Part shown: positions 1 through 12,414 of the stretch, piece after piece | Layout of the letters: every line of letters begins with the position of its first letter | How positions within the stretch are numbered: the stretch's first letter is position 1 | Assembly (NCBI GenBank): GCA_038087875.1 | Contig: JAXLNO010000385.1 | Coordinates: 930,001 to 994,000, forward strand | Direction: 5' to 3' | From: Malacoraja senta | Lineage: Eukaryota | Length of the DNA: 64,000 nt | The notes under the pieces: generated by a model | What the model was told of the DNA's origin: nothing | Databases searched by the model: none | The model's input: the letters and a program-made list of their open reading frames with translations, nothing else | Made by a program: the position numbers and the translations under genes

Positions 1-2571
1 AACTCGAACTCTATCTCGATCTATCTCGAACGAGAACTCGATCTCAAACTCGATCTCGAACTGGAACTCGAACTATCTTGAACTCGAACTTTATCTCGAA
101 CTCGAAATCTATCTCGAACTCGAACTCGAAATCGATCTCGAACTCGAGTTGGATTTCGACACGTGCGGAGCACCAAGGCAAACTCCTTGTATGTGAATAC
201 TTTGCCAATGAACTTATTCATTCGTTCAACTCGAACTCGAGCTCGAACTTGAAATCGAACTCGAACTATATCTCGAACTCGAACTCGAATTCCAACTCGA
301 ACTCTATCTCGAACTCTCTCTCTCTAACTAAAACTCGAACTCGAACTCGTACTCTATCTCGAACACGAACTCTTATCTCAAACTCGAACTATCTCGAACT
401 CTCTCTCGAACTCGAACTCTGTCTCGAACTCTATCTCGAACTATCTCGAACGCGGACTCGATCTTGAACTCGAACTATCTCTAGCTAAAACTCGAATTCA
501 AACTCGAACTCTCGACCTCGACCTCTATCTCAAACTCGAAATCTATCTCGAACTCGAGCTCGAATTCGATCTCGAACTCGAGTTGGATTTCGACTTACGG
601 GCGAAACACCAAGGCAAATTCCTGTATGTGAATACTTGGCCAATATACTTATTCATTCATTCATTCATTCAACTCGAATGCGAGCTCGAAATCGAACTCG
701 AACTCGAACTCGAACTCGAACGAACTCGAACTCGAACAAACTCGAACTCGAACTCGAACTCGAACTCGAATTCGATCTCGAACTCTATCTCGAACTCGAA
801 CTCTATCTCGAACTCGATTTCGGGTGTGACTTTCGGCCGGAGCACCAAGGCAAAAATCTTGTATGTGAATACTTGGACAATAAACTTATACATTCTTTCA
901 TTCATTCAACTCGTGCTCGAACTTGAACTCGAACTATAACTCGAACTATCTCGAACTAACTCCACCTTGAACTCTATCTCAAACTCTCTCTCGAACTCGA
1001 ACTATATCTCGAACTCGAACTCTATTTCCAACTCGAACTATCTCGAGCTAAAACTCGAATTCGAACGATCTCAATCTCGAACTCGAACTCTATCTCGGAA
1101 TCAAACTCTAACTCGAAATCGAACTCCAACTACAAATCGAACGAACTCGAACTCTATCTCGAACTCGAACTCTATCTCGAACTCGAACTATCTCGAACTC
1201 GAACTCTATCTCGAACTCTATCTCGAACGTGAATTCGAACTCATACTCTATCTCGAATACCGAGGCAAATTCCTTGCATGCGAATACGTATCCAGTAAAC
1301 GTATTCATTATTCATTCATTCAACTCTAACTCGAGCTCGAACCTGAACGCGAACTCGATCTCTATCTCGAACTCGAACTCGAACTCTATCGAACTTTATC
1401 TCGAACTCTATCGAACTTTATCTCGAACTCAATCGAAATTTATCTCGAACTCGAACTCTATCTCGAACTCGGTCTATCTCGAACTCGAACTCTATCTCGA
1501 ACTCTGTCTCGATCTCGGTCTCGATCTCGATCTCGAACTCGAATTCGAACTCTAACACTATCTAGAACTCTCTCCCAAACTCGAACGTACTCGATCTCGA
1601 ACTCGTAGTCGATCTCGAACTCGAACTAGATCTCGAACTCGAACTCTATCTCGAACTCGAACCATCTCGAACTCGAACAATCTTGAACTGGAACTCGAAC
1701 TCCAACTCGAACTCAATCTCGAACTCGAACTATATCTCGAACTCTCACTCGAACTCGAACTCTATCTCGAACTCGAACACTATCTCGAACTCCAACTCCA
1801 ACTCGAACTTGAACTCGAAATCTAACACGACCTCTATCAGGAACTCTATCTCGAACTCGAACACTATCTATCTCGAACTCGTACTCTATCTCGAACTCGA
1901 ACTCGAACTCGAACTCGAGTTGGAGTTCAATTTACGGGCGGAGCACCAAGGCACATTTCTTGTATGTGAATACTTGGCCAATAAACGTATTCATTCATTC
2001 ATTCATACGTTCATTCGTTCAATTAATTCGAACTCGAGCTCAACTTGAACTCGAATTCGAACTCGAACTCTATCTCGAACTCGAACTCGCACTTGAACTC
2101 GTACTGTATCTCGAACTCGATCTCGAACTCGAGTTCGAGCTCGACTTGCGGGCGGAGCACCAAGGCCAATTCCTTTTATGTGAATACATGCCCAATAAAC
2201 TTATTCATTCATTCATTCATTCATTCATTCATGCATTCAGTCAACTCGAACTCGAACTCGCTCTCGAACTCAAACTCGAACTCTATCTCGATCTCGAACT
2301 CGAATTCGAACTTGAACTCGAACTCTATCTTGAATAACTATCTCTCGAACTCGAACCCTTATCTCGAACTATCTCCAACTCTCTCTCGAACTCGAACTCT
2401 ATCTCGAACTATCTCGATCTCGAACTCGAACTTTATCTTGATCTCGAACTCGAACTATCTTGAACTCGAACCATCTCTAGCTAAAACTCGAATTCGAACA
2501 AACTATCTCGACCGCGACCTTTATCTCGAACTCGAAATCTATCTCGAACTCGAACTTTATCTCGAACTATA
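1..2571 (+). repeat. (AACTCG)n-type satellite with interspersed conserved cassette + (ATTC)n, AACTCG strand on +
   Basis: Degenerate AACTCG/ATCTCG hexamers; cassette CACCAAGGCAAATTCCTTGTATGTGAATACTTGGCCAATAAAC at ~171, 608, 843, 1258 (degenerate), 1944 and 2158, each followed by ATTC repeats. Confidence 0.95.
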
Positions 2572-5500
2572 TATGTAGGGGTGTAAAATGAGCGTAGAAG
2601 CAATAGGTAGCAAGGTGAAAAGTAAAAGTTGCAGGCAGACAAATCCAGGGCAAAAATCAAAAAGGGCCACTTTTCAACATAATTGTATAAGGGTAAGAGT
2701 GTTGTAAAAACAAGCCTGAAGGCTTTGTCTTAATGCAAAGAGCATTCGTAATAAGGTGGATGAGTTGATTGTGCAGATAGCTATTAATGATTATGATGTA
2801 GTTGGGATCACGGAGACATGGCTACAGGGTGACCAAGGCTGGGAGCTGAACATCCAGCGATATTCAATATTCAGGAGGGATAGACAGAAAGGAAAAGGAG
2901 GTGGGGTAGCGTTGCTGGTTAGAGAGGAGATTAACGCAATAGAAAGAAAGGACATTAGCTTGGAGAGTGTGGAATCGATATGGGTAGAGCTGCAAAACAC
3001 TAAGGGGCAGAAAACGCTAGTGTGAGTTGTGTACAGGCAACCTAACAGTAGTAGTGGTGTTGGGGATGGCATCAAACAGGAAATTAGAAATGCGTGCAAC
3101 AAAGGTAAAACAGTTATAATGGGAGACTTCAATCTACATATAGATTGGGTGAATCAAACTGGCAGGGGTGCTGAGGAAGAGGATTTCTTGGAATCTATGC
3201 GGGATAGTTTTCTAAACCAACATGTAGAGGAACCAACGAGAGAGCAGGCTATTCTAGACTGGGTATTGAGTAATGAGGAAGGGTTAGGTAGCAGTCTTGT
3301 TGTGCGTGGCCCCTTGGGCAAGAGTGACCATAATATTGTTGAGTTCTTCATTAGGATGGAGAGTGACATAGTTAATTCAGAAACAATGGTTCTGAACTTA
3401 AAGAAAGGTAACTTTGAGGGTATGAGACGTGAATTGGCCAAGATAGACTGGCAATTGATTCTTAAAGGGTTGACGGTGGATATGCAATGGAAAGGCATTT
3501 AAAGGCTGCATGGATGAACTACAACAATTGTTCATCCCAGTTTGGAAAAAGAATAAATCAGGGAAGGTAGTGCATCCGTGGATAACAAGGGAAATCAGCG
3601 ATTGTATCAAAACAAAAGATGAAGCATACAAATTAGCCAGAAAAAGCAGCCTACCAGAGGACTGGGAGAAATTCAGAGGTATACAAAGGGCTTAATTAGG
3701 AAAGGTAAAATAGATTTTGAAAGAAAACTGGCAGGGAACATAAAAACTGACTGCAAAAGTTGTTATAGATATGTGAAGAGAAAAAGATTAGTTAAAACAA
3801 ATGTAGGTCCCTTGCAGTCAGAAACAGGCGAATTGATCATGGGGAACAAGGACATGGCAGACCAATTGAATAACTACTTTGATTCTGTCTTCACTGAGGA
3901 AGACATAAATAATCTGCCGGAAATAGCAGGGGACCGGGGGTCAAATGAAATGGAGGAACTGAGTGAAATCCAGGTTAGCCGGGAAGTGGTGTTAGGTAAA
4001 TTGAATGGATTAAAGGCCGATAAATCCCCAGGGCCAGATAGGCTGCATCCCAGAATACTTAAGGAAGTAGCCACAGAAATAGTGGATGCATTAGTGATAA
4101 CTTTTCAAAACTGTTTAGATTCTGGAGTAGTTCCTGAGGATTGGAGGGTAGCTAATGTAACCCCACTTTAAAAAAAAAAGGGATGGAGAGAGAAAACGGG
4201 GAATTACAGACCAGTTAGTCTAACATCGGTAGTGGGGAAACTGCTAGAGTCAGTTATTCAAGATGGGATAGCAGCACATTTGGAAAGTGGTGAAATCATT
4301 GGACAAAGTCAGCGTGGATTTATGAAAGGGAAATCATGTCTGACGAATCTTATAGAATTTTTCGAGGATGTAACTAGTAGAGTGGATAAGGGAGAACCAG
4401 TGGATGTGTTATATCTGGACTTTCTGAAGGCTTTCGACAAGGTTCCACATAAGAGATTAGTATACAAACTTAAAGCAAACTGTATTGGGTGTTCAGTATT
4501 GATGTGGATAGAGAACTGGCTGGCAGAAAGGAAGCAACGAGTAGGAGTAAACGGGTCCTTTTCAGAATGGCAGTCAGTGACTAGTGGTGTACCGCAAGGC
4601 TCAGTGCTGGGACCCCAGCTATTTACAATATATATTAATGATTTGGACGAGGGAACTCAATGCAACATCTCCAAGTTTGCGGATGACACGAAGCTGGGGG
4701 GCAGTGTTAGCTGTGAGGAGGATGCTGGGAGGCTGCAAGGTGACTTGGATAGGCTGGGTGAGTGGGCAAATGCATGGCAGATGCAGTATAATGTGGATAA
4801 ATGTGAGGTTCTCCACTTTGGTGGCAAAAACAGGATGGTAGACTATTATCTGAGTGGTGGCCGATTAGGAAAAGGGGAGATGCAACGAGACCTGGGTGAC
4901 ATGATACACCAGTCATTGAAAGTAGGCATGCAGGTGAAGCAGGCAGTGAAGAAAGCGAATGGTATGTTAGCATTCATAGCAAAAGGATTTGAGTATAGGA
5001 GCAGGGAGGTTCTACTGCAGTTGTACAGGGTCTTAGTGAGACCACACCTGGAGTATTGCGTACAGTTTTGGTCTCCTAATCTGAGGAAAGACATTCTTGC
5101 CATAGAGGGAGTACAGAGAAGCTTGACCAGACTGATTCCTGGGATGTCAGGACTTTCATATGAAGAAAGACTGGATAGACTTTGCTTGTACTCGCTAGAA
5201 TTTAGAAGATTGTGGGGGGATCTTAGAGAAACTTACAAAATTCTAAAGGGGTTGTACAGGCTAGATGCAGGAGGATTGTTCCAGATGATGGGGAAGTCCA
5301 GAACAAGGGGTCACAGTTTAAGGATAAGGGGGAACTCTTTTAGGACCGAGATGAGAAAAACATTATTCACACAGAGAGTGGTGAATCTGTGGAATTCTCT
5401 GCCACAGAAGGTAGTTGAGGCCAGTTCATTGGCTATATTTAAGAGAGAATTAGATGTAGCCCTTGTGGCTAAAGGTATCAGGGGGTATGGAGAGAAGGCT

Positions 5501-5611
5501 GGTACAGGATACTGAGTTGGATGATCAGCCATGATCATATTGAATGGCGGTGCAGGCTCGAAGGGCCGAATGGCCTACTCCTGCACATATTTTCTATGTT
5601 TCTATGTATGT
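2572..5611 (+). mobile_element. CR1 LINE, 5'-truncated, decayed ORF2 (APE endonuclease + RT)
   Basis: ITETWL, IMGDFN and SDHN endonuclease motifs; KSPGPD, YLDFLKAFDKVPH, GVPQGSVLGP and FADDTKL RT motifs; stops and frameshifts break ORF2 (longest piece 4232-5515); CR1-type 3' UTR ending in (TTCTATGT)n. Confidence 0.95.
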
Positions 5612-6203
5612 TGCTATCTCGAACTATCTCGAACGCGAACTCGATCTCGAACTGGAACTCGAAATCTATCTCGAACTCGAACTCGAATTTGATCTCGAAC
5701 TCGAGTTGGAGTTCGAGTTACGGGCGGAGCACCAAGGCAAATTCCTTGCATGTGAGTACTTCACAAACAAACGTATTCATTCATTCATTCATTCATTCAT
5801 TCATTCATTCATTCATTCATTCATTCATTTAAGTCGAACACGAGTTCGAACTTGAACTTGAACTCCAACTCCAACTCCAACTTGAACTCGAATTCTAACT
5901 CGAACTCTATCATGCACTTGAACTCGCACTGGAACTCGTACTCTATCTCGAACCCGGGCGGAACACCAAGGCAAATTCCTTGTATGTGAATACATGGTCA
6001 ATAAACTTAATCATCCATTCATTAATGCATTCCTTCAACTCGAACTCTCTCTCTCGAACTCAAACTCGAACTATCTCGAACTCGATCTCGATCTCGATCT
6101 CGACCTCGAATTCGCACTCGAACTCGTACTCTATCTCGAACACGATCTCGAACTCGAGTTCGACTTCGAGTACGACTTGCGGGCGGAGCACCAAGGCAAA
6201 TTC
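5612..6203 (+). repeat. Satellite with three cassettes; last cassette truncated at the junction with a Rex1 fragment
   Basis: Cassettes at ~5729, 5964 and 6189; long (ATTC)n at ~5775-5830. Confidence 0.9.
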
Positions 6204-6790
6204 ATTTTTGAGGCAGCGACTCCGGTAAATCCCTTCAATGGTGGGGAGGTCAGAGCCGGTGATGGACTGGGTAGTTGTCGAACCAGGCCATGGTGCAATC
6301 AGACAATATCTTCTCCACTTTACACCTGTAGAAGTTCAAGAGAATCCTCTTTGACATACCGAATCTCCGTAATCTTCTCAGGAAATAGAGACGTTGATAT
6401 GTTTTATTTATAATTGCATCAGTGTGCTGGGTCCAGGAACGATCTTCGGAAAAATGCAAGCCCAGGAATTTGAAAATGTTAAACGGGATTGTGGAACCTC
6501 ATTCTTCCTCTTCCAAAGTCCACAATCAGTTCATTGGTGTTACTGATATTGAGAGCCAGGTTATTGTGCTGGCACCATTTGGTCAATCGGTCGATCTCAC
6601 TTCTTTCACACTCATCACCATTTGTAATTCGTCCAACAATGGTGGTTGTCGGTGAACTTGAAGATGGAGTTCGCACTGTGTCCGGCTACACAGTCATGAG
6701 TATGGAATGAGTGGAGCAGGGGGCTGAGCACGCAGCCTTGAGGTGCTCCCGTATTGATTGTTAATGAGGATGGCGTATTTCTACCTTCTT
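6204..6790 (-). mobile_element. Rex1/Babar LINE RT fragment (left arm of inverted duplication)
   Basis: [42 protein letters not shown]; reverse complement of 17985-18600. Confidence 0.88.
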
Positions 6791-6827
6791 CTTGCAAGTG
6801 AAGCATAAACCTTTGAAGCAACAAAAC

Positions 6828-8515
6828 CCACGCCGAGGTAAGTGGGTGTTTGTTGGAAATCCAAGCGCCTGTTGTTAACGAAGACAGCTAGCTGTCGCTT
6901 AGCTTCATTGTTGTGTAAATGGAATGCTGTTGACACTGTTTTGCCTTCGCTCAGCTTTAGACGCCACTGTCGTAGGTATACTGCAAAAGTCCCCATGTCT
7001 TGACTCAAGGAGCTTTCGATTCTCTGCCACACTTTGTGTCTCATCAGGATGGCTAGATCGTCAGCATACCCATATTTTCCAGCGATGGTCTCTGGGAGGT
7101 AATGGGAGTACACGGTGAAAAGCAGCGGAGCCAAGACAGATCCCTGTGGGACGCCATTCTTCAGTCTACTTAGCCTACTCTGCCGTCCATCACAGGTCTT
7201 AAGCAGGTCTTAAGCACAGAGCTGCGGTTAAATATCAGCTCCATGATGTAGAGTACCATGCGCCTGTCTGGCAGCACCCGAAGTAGCTTTGTAGTTAGTC
7301 CCCGGTGCTACATGGTGTCATAGGCAGCTGTCAGATCCGTAAGAACAACCCCTGCCTTCTCATTTGCCTCAAAGCAGTCCTCGATGTCTTGGGTGAGGAG
7401 GGTTACCTGGTCTGCAGTGGATCTACCTTGGCGGAAACCAGCCTGCTCGTGGGGTAGTTGTGGGTCTATGATGGTCACTGTGTCACTGGGCATTTGTCGG
7501 GTTTGGATGTAGCTCTGGCGGTCAGGCGGTTGACTGTGTGCCATGCTTTACCGCTAGAGTTGGTGAAATCGATCTGTTCAACCGTCTCAATCCAGCGTGC
7601 GTGTCGTTTCTCATCCAAGCGTGTGAGCGATGTAGTGGAAGTGGTTTCAGAATCCTCTTTGGTGCCAGCAGCAGTATGATCTTCGTATAGCTGTTGACAC
7701 TCATCATCCCAACATGGGATGTAATCCCTCTGGTAGCCACGGGGGGGGGGGGGGTTCTTGCCTGCAATGATAAGCATGTTGCAGTAGGCTTGGTAGGAAG
7801 AGTCCAGGTTGGTATTGTCTGCGGGAGGAAGGCCCGAGGAGGCTGCGTTTGTAAGTTGTTGGAACTTGTCCCAGTCGGCCTTGCAGAAGTTCCACCGCTC
7901 GATGTTGGAGCAACCAGTGGTGTTGTGGTGATGAGTGATGGTCGGTGCTGTGACCCTGGGAACTTCTCCAGAACCTGGCGCAATGGTAACTGATGGTTCT
8001 TTGTGTTACTGGCAAAGTCTAGGTCTGGGTTTGTACCAGTGTTCCAGCGGGCTGAATGGAAGCTGTTTGGCTCCTTTGGATCATACAGAAGCGTGAGGTC
8101 ATTGGCAGATGCCCAATCCATGAGGCTGTTTTCATCACTATTCCATCTTGAGTAGCCCCGTTCAGTGTGGTGGCAGTTGACATCACCTGAGTATACACAG
8201 GGTGGGGTGAACACTGGTATGCATGTTGTAGCCAGACGCACTGGAGGTGGCTTGTACACATTGATGATGGTGACGTCCTGAACCTTCACTGCAAGCCATT
8301 CCAGATCTGAGTCTTCAGCACACTGCCCTTCTATAGCCCAATCCGTGTCATCTCTGATGAAAGTGCCCAGACCATATATACTACTTGGTGTGAAAGTAGC
8401 TAGTGTGAATTCAGGAATTGTGTATTTCTCCACGGTTTCGCAGTGTGTCTCCTGCAGGAGTATGACATTCGCTTAGTTGGTGCATGCTAGCTGCTCATTA
8501 ATTAATATCTTAGTA
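6828..8515 (-). mobile_element. Ingi/Vingi-like LINE fragment (endonuclease + RT, internally deleted)
   Basis: ILLQETH, VINVYKPP, SFHSARW, EQAGFRQGRSTADQV…DLTAAYDT, YADDLA, YLRQWRLKLS motifs. Clade assigned from remembered motifs. Confidence 0.75.
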
Positions 8516-9680
8516 TTGCTACCAATTCAAACAGACTGGTCTGTGGATGAGGAAGTCGAGGATCCAATTGCAGAGGGATGTGCACAGACCAAGTTCCATG
8601 AATTTGGTAACCAGCTTAGTTTTAATCAAAAAAATAATTATGTAATGGCTCGCAGAAGGCCGGATTGGCCAGGCCTAGGAGCAACCCAACCAGGACAACT
8701 TTCGTGCCGCCCACTCGCTAGTTCCCGTAACCGCTCCTCCCACTTTGGGCCCTAGGTGAAGTGGCGATGCTCCTTGCCCACTGGACCCTGGCTACAAATG
8801 ACGTTCTACTGGTCCCTTGGTAACCAGTTTTTTTTAATTTAATCAAAAATATTTATTCAAATAATAAAACAATATATACAGTACAGTAAAAACGAAACAG
8901 AAACCCACCACCATAATACACGACGAGCAAATATACAAAATAAACTACTATACAACTATGTTACAATCTTTGTCACTGACGCATTCAAACCCCCCGCGGT
9001 GCTCAGCAGTCCCGGAAATCCCCCAGGATGTCAGTGGAAAGCACGTAGTCCCTCGCTAACACCATCCGGGCGCGGATGTAGCCCCGGAAAAGGGGCAGGC
9101 CGCCGGCTCGGGCAGAGCCCTCTTCCGCCTGGCGTCGTGACTAGCGGATGGCCTGCATGGCCAGGCCCAGGAGCAACCCAAGTATGACATCTTCAGCACT
9201 ACCCTCTCCCTATGCACAGGGTGTCCAAGGATGAGGATGGTGGGTACGAAATGTAGTCAGAAGGCAAGAAGCAGCCCCTTTAGATAATAGAACAGGGGCT
9301 GCAACCTCACACACTCCATATACACGTGGCACTTGGTAACCAGATTTGAGCGGAAGCTGGGTGTTAAGTATAGAGCTGCTGTCTATGAGGAACAGCCTGA
9401 CGTATGGTTTAGTTATTCTCCAAGTGGTCCAGTGCAGGATGGAGTGCCAGCGTGATCACATTCTCCGTTGATCTTTTGTTGGTATCGGCAAATTATACTG
9501 CGTTCAGGTTGTTATAGAGGTAGGAGTTGGTGTGTGCCATCACCGTCCTCTTAAAGCACTTCATCACCACGGACGTTATTGGCAGCGGTCGGTAGTCATT
9601 GAGGCACGTTACCTTACCAATATTGACACCGGTATTAATTGTGGTCTTTTATTGTAGATAGGAACCTCAAACATCAGCAA
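8516..9680 (-). mobile_element. Rex1/Babar RT fragment interrupted by Tx1-like inserts
   Basis: [14 protein letters not shown] sequence at 8550-8600; NDYRP…VVMKCF region at 9540-9610; homologous to the Rex1 copy at 42239-43557. Confidence 0.8.
8615..9332 (-). mobile_element. Two tandem Tx1-like LINE 3' fragments
   Basis: GLLLGLA and GDFRDC C-terminal motifs; T-rich tail at ~8828-8850; bounded by TTGGTAACCAG at 8604, 8817 and 9333. Confidence 0.7.
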
Positions 9681-9699
9681 ACCCCAGGAGGGTAATAGG

Positions 9700-11050
9700 G
9701 GACTGAAGAGGGGGTGTTTATGTAGGTACGCGAGAGATAGGTGTTTGATTCCGTGCAGACAGGCGGTGCCAGTGGTATCAGCCCACACCATCTGTAAAGA
9801 GAGGGTGGAGCAGGTTCAGTCTCGCCTGGTTAGGTGCTGTAAAAGTAGACATATAGGTTTATCCTCCCCGGTCACTATAAGCCACTGCGTATTGCCCTTC
9901 ACGGCGGATATAACTTCCCCCTTGCGAGGGGGCCCCCGCCGGGGACTGAACCCCACACCTTCCGGGCATCTTCCTGATGTTTTTTCGTCGATGTGGTGTC
10001 ATCTGGCTCGACTGCAACAGGCAGATGTCGGCTCATGGGTGTCCCCCCAGTCACAGGCCGTTGGTTCAAGTTGTTTACTGCTTGCTGTAACACAAGGGCC
10101 CACACAAGGGAAGTTAGTGTACGTATCTGCTCTTATAGACCATTCATTCGCTTCATCAGCCCTGCTGCTTGTGGGTAATACTGGATGTGGAGGGTCCACT
10201 GCACCCCATTATCAGCTGCCCACTGATGTACTTTGTTACCGGTAAAGTGGGACCCATAGTCAGATTGAATCTCCCATGGGGGACCATACACGGCCATTAG
10301 CTGGTACAGTCCATGTATCTCCCAGCCCTGGGAATGCTACTGTGTCATCCATACAGCCATACCGTCTGCAACTGCCCACGAGTCGGTGTACAGGCGGCCT
10401 GGAGTAATGTCATCAGACAAAGGGTGGGCGGCCGCCTGCCAGACGGCCTTACCTGCAACACAACGACTAGCCATCATTAAACCATACCTGTTGTGATTCG
10501 TCAGGGGGAGATCAGAAATGGACCCCCCGCCCCAGGAATGGGGGAGGCAGGAGGTGGCTCTGGTTGTGGGTGACCTCCCGAGGGGAGGATCTTAACCTCC
10601 TCATGCAGAAGGCTAACAACGCCGGGACCTCGTTCAGCCCTATCAGACATGTACCATTTCCATTTTACAATACAGGAGCGCTGTGCGTGTTCCTCCTTAT
10701 GGGAGACGTTGGCGAACTTAACCCAGGTCATAATAGGTAAGTGAGGTTGCATAACCACTATCCCACCCGCCGTAAGGTGTTCAGTCGCAAGAACATGCAA
10801 ATAATTGTCGTTCAAAGGGGGAATATCGCGCGGCGGGATCAGGCAAAGTCGTTGTCCAGAAGCCCAGATGCTCCTGCCGTCCGTTATGCTATTGCCACAG
10901 ACGCCACTCCTCCTCACGAGCAGTAGCTGACACCTGCAATTCAAAAGAGACATTCTCCCGCCGTAAAGCAAGCAGGAGCGTCTGTTCCACCATCCTCTTT
11001 TTCCAGTCACTTACCACGACGGAGATGCGATTTCTCTCCGTGCCGCATCT
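9700..11050 (-). mobile_element. Class III (ERV-L/ERV-S-like) endogenous retrovirus pol fragment: connection, RNase H, integrase; deleted and frameshifted
   Basis: My minus-strand translation gives LGFWTTTLPDPAARYSPFERQLFAC, LATEHLT…LPIMTWV…SHKEEHAQRSCIVKWKWYMSDRAERGPGVVSLLHEEV, WFNDG, LYTDSWAVADGM, IQSDYGSHFT…QWA…YYPQAAGLMKRMNGL, LQQAVNNLNQRP and GNTQWL. Motif order and content match what I recall of ERV-L Pol. Confidence 0.82.
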
Positions 11051-11117
11051 CCGTCACCCCATGCGGCCTAACAAGTGGAGTGGTGCGGCTTTTCCTGAAT
11101 ACCGGCCCGGAGCTTCA

Positions 11118-11257
11118 AGCCGTCTGTGGCAGAATACCACGGATTTACTACCCTCTGACCAATGAAATTCCTCATCATTTTATTTTAAATAGTACGTCTT
11201 ATTATTCTGAGGCTAGTCAGAGGGTGGTGAATCTGTGGAATTCTGCCACAGACGGCT
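11118..11257. repeat. Fold-back hairpin made of CR1 3' coding sequence (42-bp imperfect arms)
   Basis: 11118-11159 is the imperfect reverse complement of 11216-11257 (QRVVNLWNS region of CR1). Confidence 0.85.
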
Positions 11258-11269
11258 GTGGGGGCCTCT

Positions 11270-12414
11270 CATTGCTGAGGTTTGAGGTACCCATCTACAA
11301 TAAAAGGGCACAAATAATACAATATTGGTAAGGTAACGTGCCTCAATGACTACAGACTAACGTCTGTGGTGATGAAGTGCTTTAAGAGGACGGTAATGGC
11401 GCACATCAACTCCTACCTCTATAACAACCTGAACGGAGTATAATTTGCCGATAGCAACAAAAGATCAACGGAGAACGTGATCACGCTGGCACTCCATCCT
11501 GCACTGGACCACTTGGAGAATAACTAAAACATTCGTCAGGCTGTTCCTCATAGACAGCACCTGTATACTTAACACCCAGCTTCCCCTCAAAACTGGTTAC
11601 CAAGTGTCACGTGTATATGGAGTGTGTGAGGTTGCAGACCCTGTTCTATTATCTAAAGGGGCTGCTTCTTGCCTTCTGGCTACATTTCTCACCCACCATC
11701 CTCATATTTGGATACCCTGTGCGTAGGGAGAGGATAGTGCTGAATATGCCCTACTTGGGTTGCTCCTGGGCCTGGCCATGCTGGCCATCCGCTAGTCACG
11801 ACGCCAGGCGGAAGAGGGCTCTGCCCGAGCCAACTGCCTGCCCCTTTTCCGGGGCTACATCCGCGCCCGGATGGTGTTAACGAGGGACTACGTGCTTTCC
11901 ACTGACACCCTGGGGGATTTCCGGGACTGCTGGGCACCGCGGCGGTTTGAATGCATCCTTGACAAGGATTGTAACATAGTTGTATAGTAGTTTATTTTTG
12001 TGTATTTGTTCGTTGTGTATTATGGTGGTGGGTTCTGTTTTGTTTTTTACTGTACTGTATATATTGTTTTAATATTTGAATAAATATTGTTGATTAAATT
12101 CTAACAAAAACTGGTTACCAAGGGACGAGTAGAGCGTCATTTGTAGCCAGGGTCCAGAGGGCCATGAACACCGCCACTTCACCTAGGGTCCAAAGGGGGA
12201 GGAGCCGTTACGGGAACTAGGGAGTGGGCGGGACCGAAGATGTCCTGGTTGGGTTGCTCCTTGGCCTGGCCAATGCGTCCTTCTCCGAGCCATTGCATTT
12301 TTTTTTGGATTAAAAACAAAGCTGGTTACCAAACTCATGGAACTTGGTCTCTTCGCATCCCTCTGCAATTGGATCCTCGACTTCCTCATCCACAGTGTTT
12401 GAATTGGTAGAAAT
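11270..12414 (+). mobile_element. Rex1 fragment with two Tx1-like inserts (right-arm copy of 8516-9680)
   Basis: Reverse complement of 8516-9680; CTGGTTACCAA at 11593, 12111 and 12322. Confidence 0.85.

Noticed and set aside
588..601. CENP-B-box-like TTCGACTTACGGG at the cassette 5' edge
   Set aside because: Lacks the two bases between A and CGGG required by TTCGnnnnAnnCGGG; TTCG is supplied trivially by the satellite; CENP-B is mammalian.
1..2571. Many ORFs encoding ELELEL/NSNSNS/RTRTRT and [17 protein letters not shown] peptides (here and in all satellite blocks)
   Set aside because: (GAACTC)n has no stop codon in any of six frames, so ORFs arise automatically; indels shift frames freely and most starts are not ATG.
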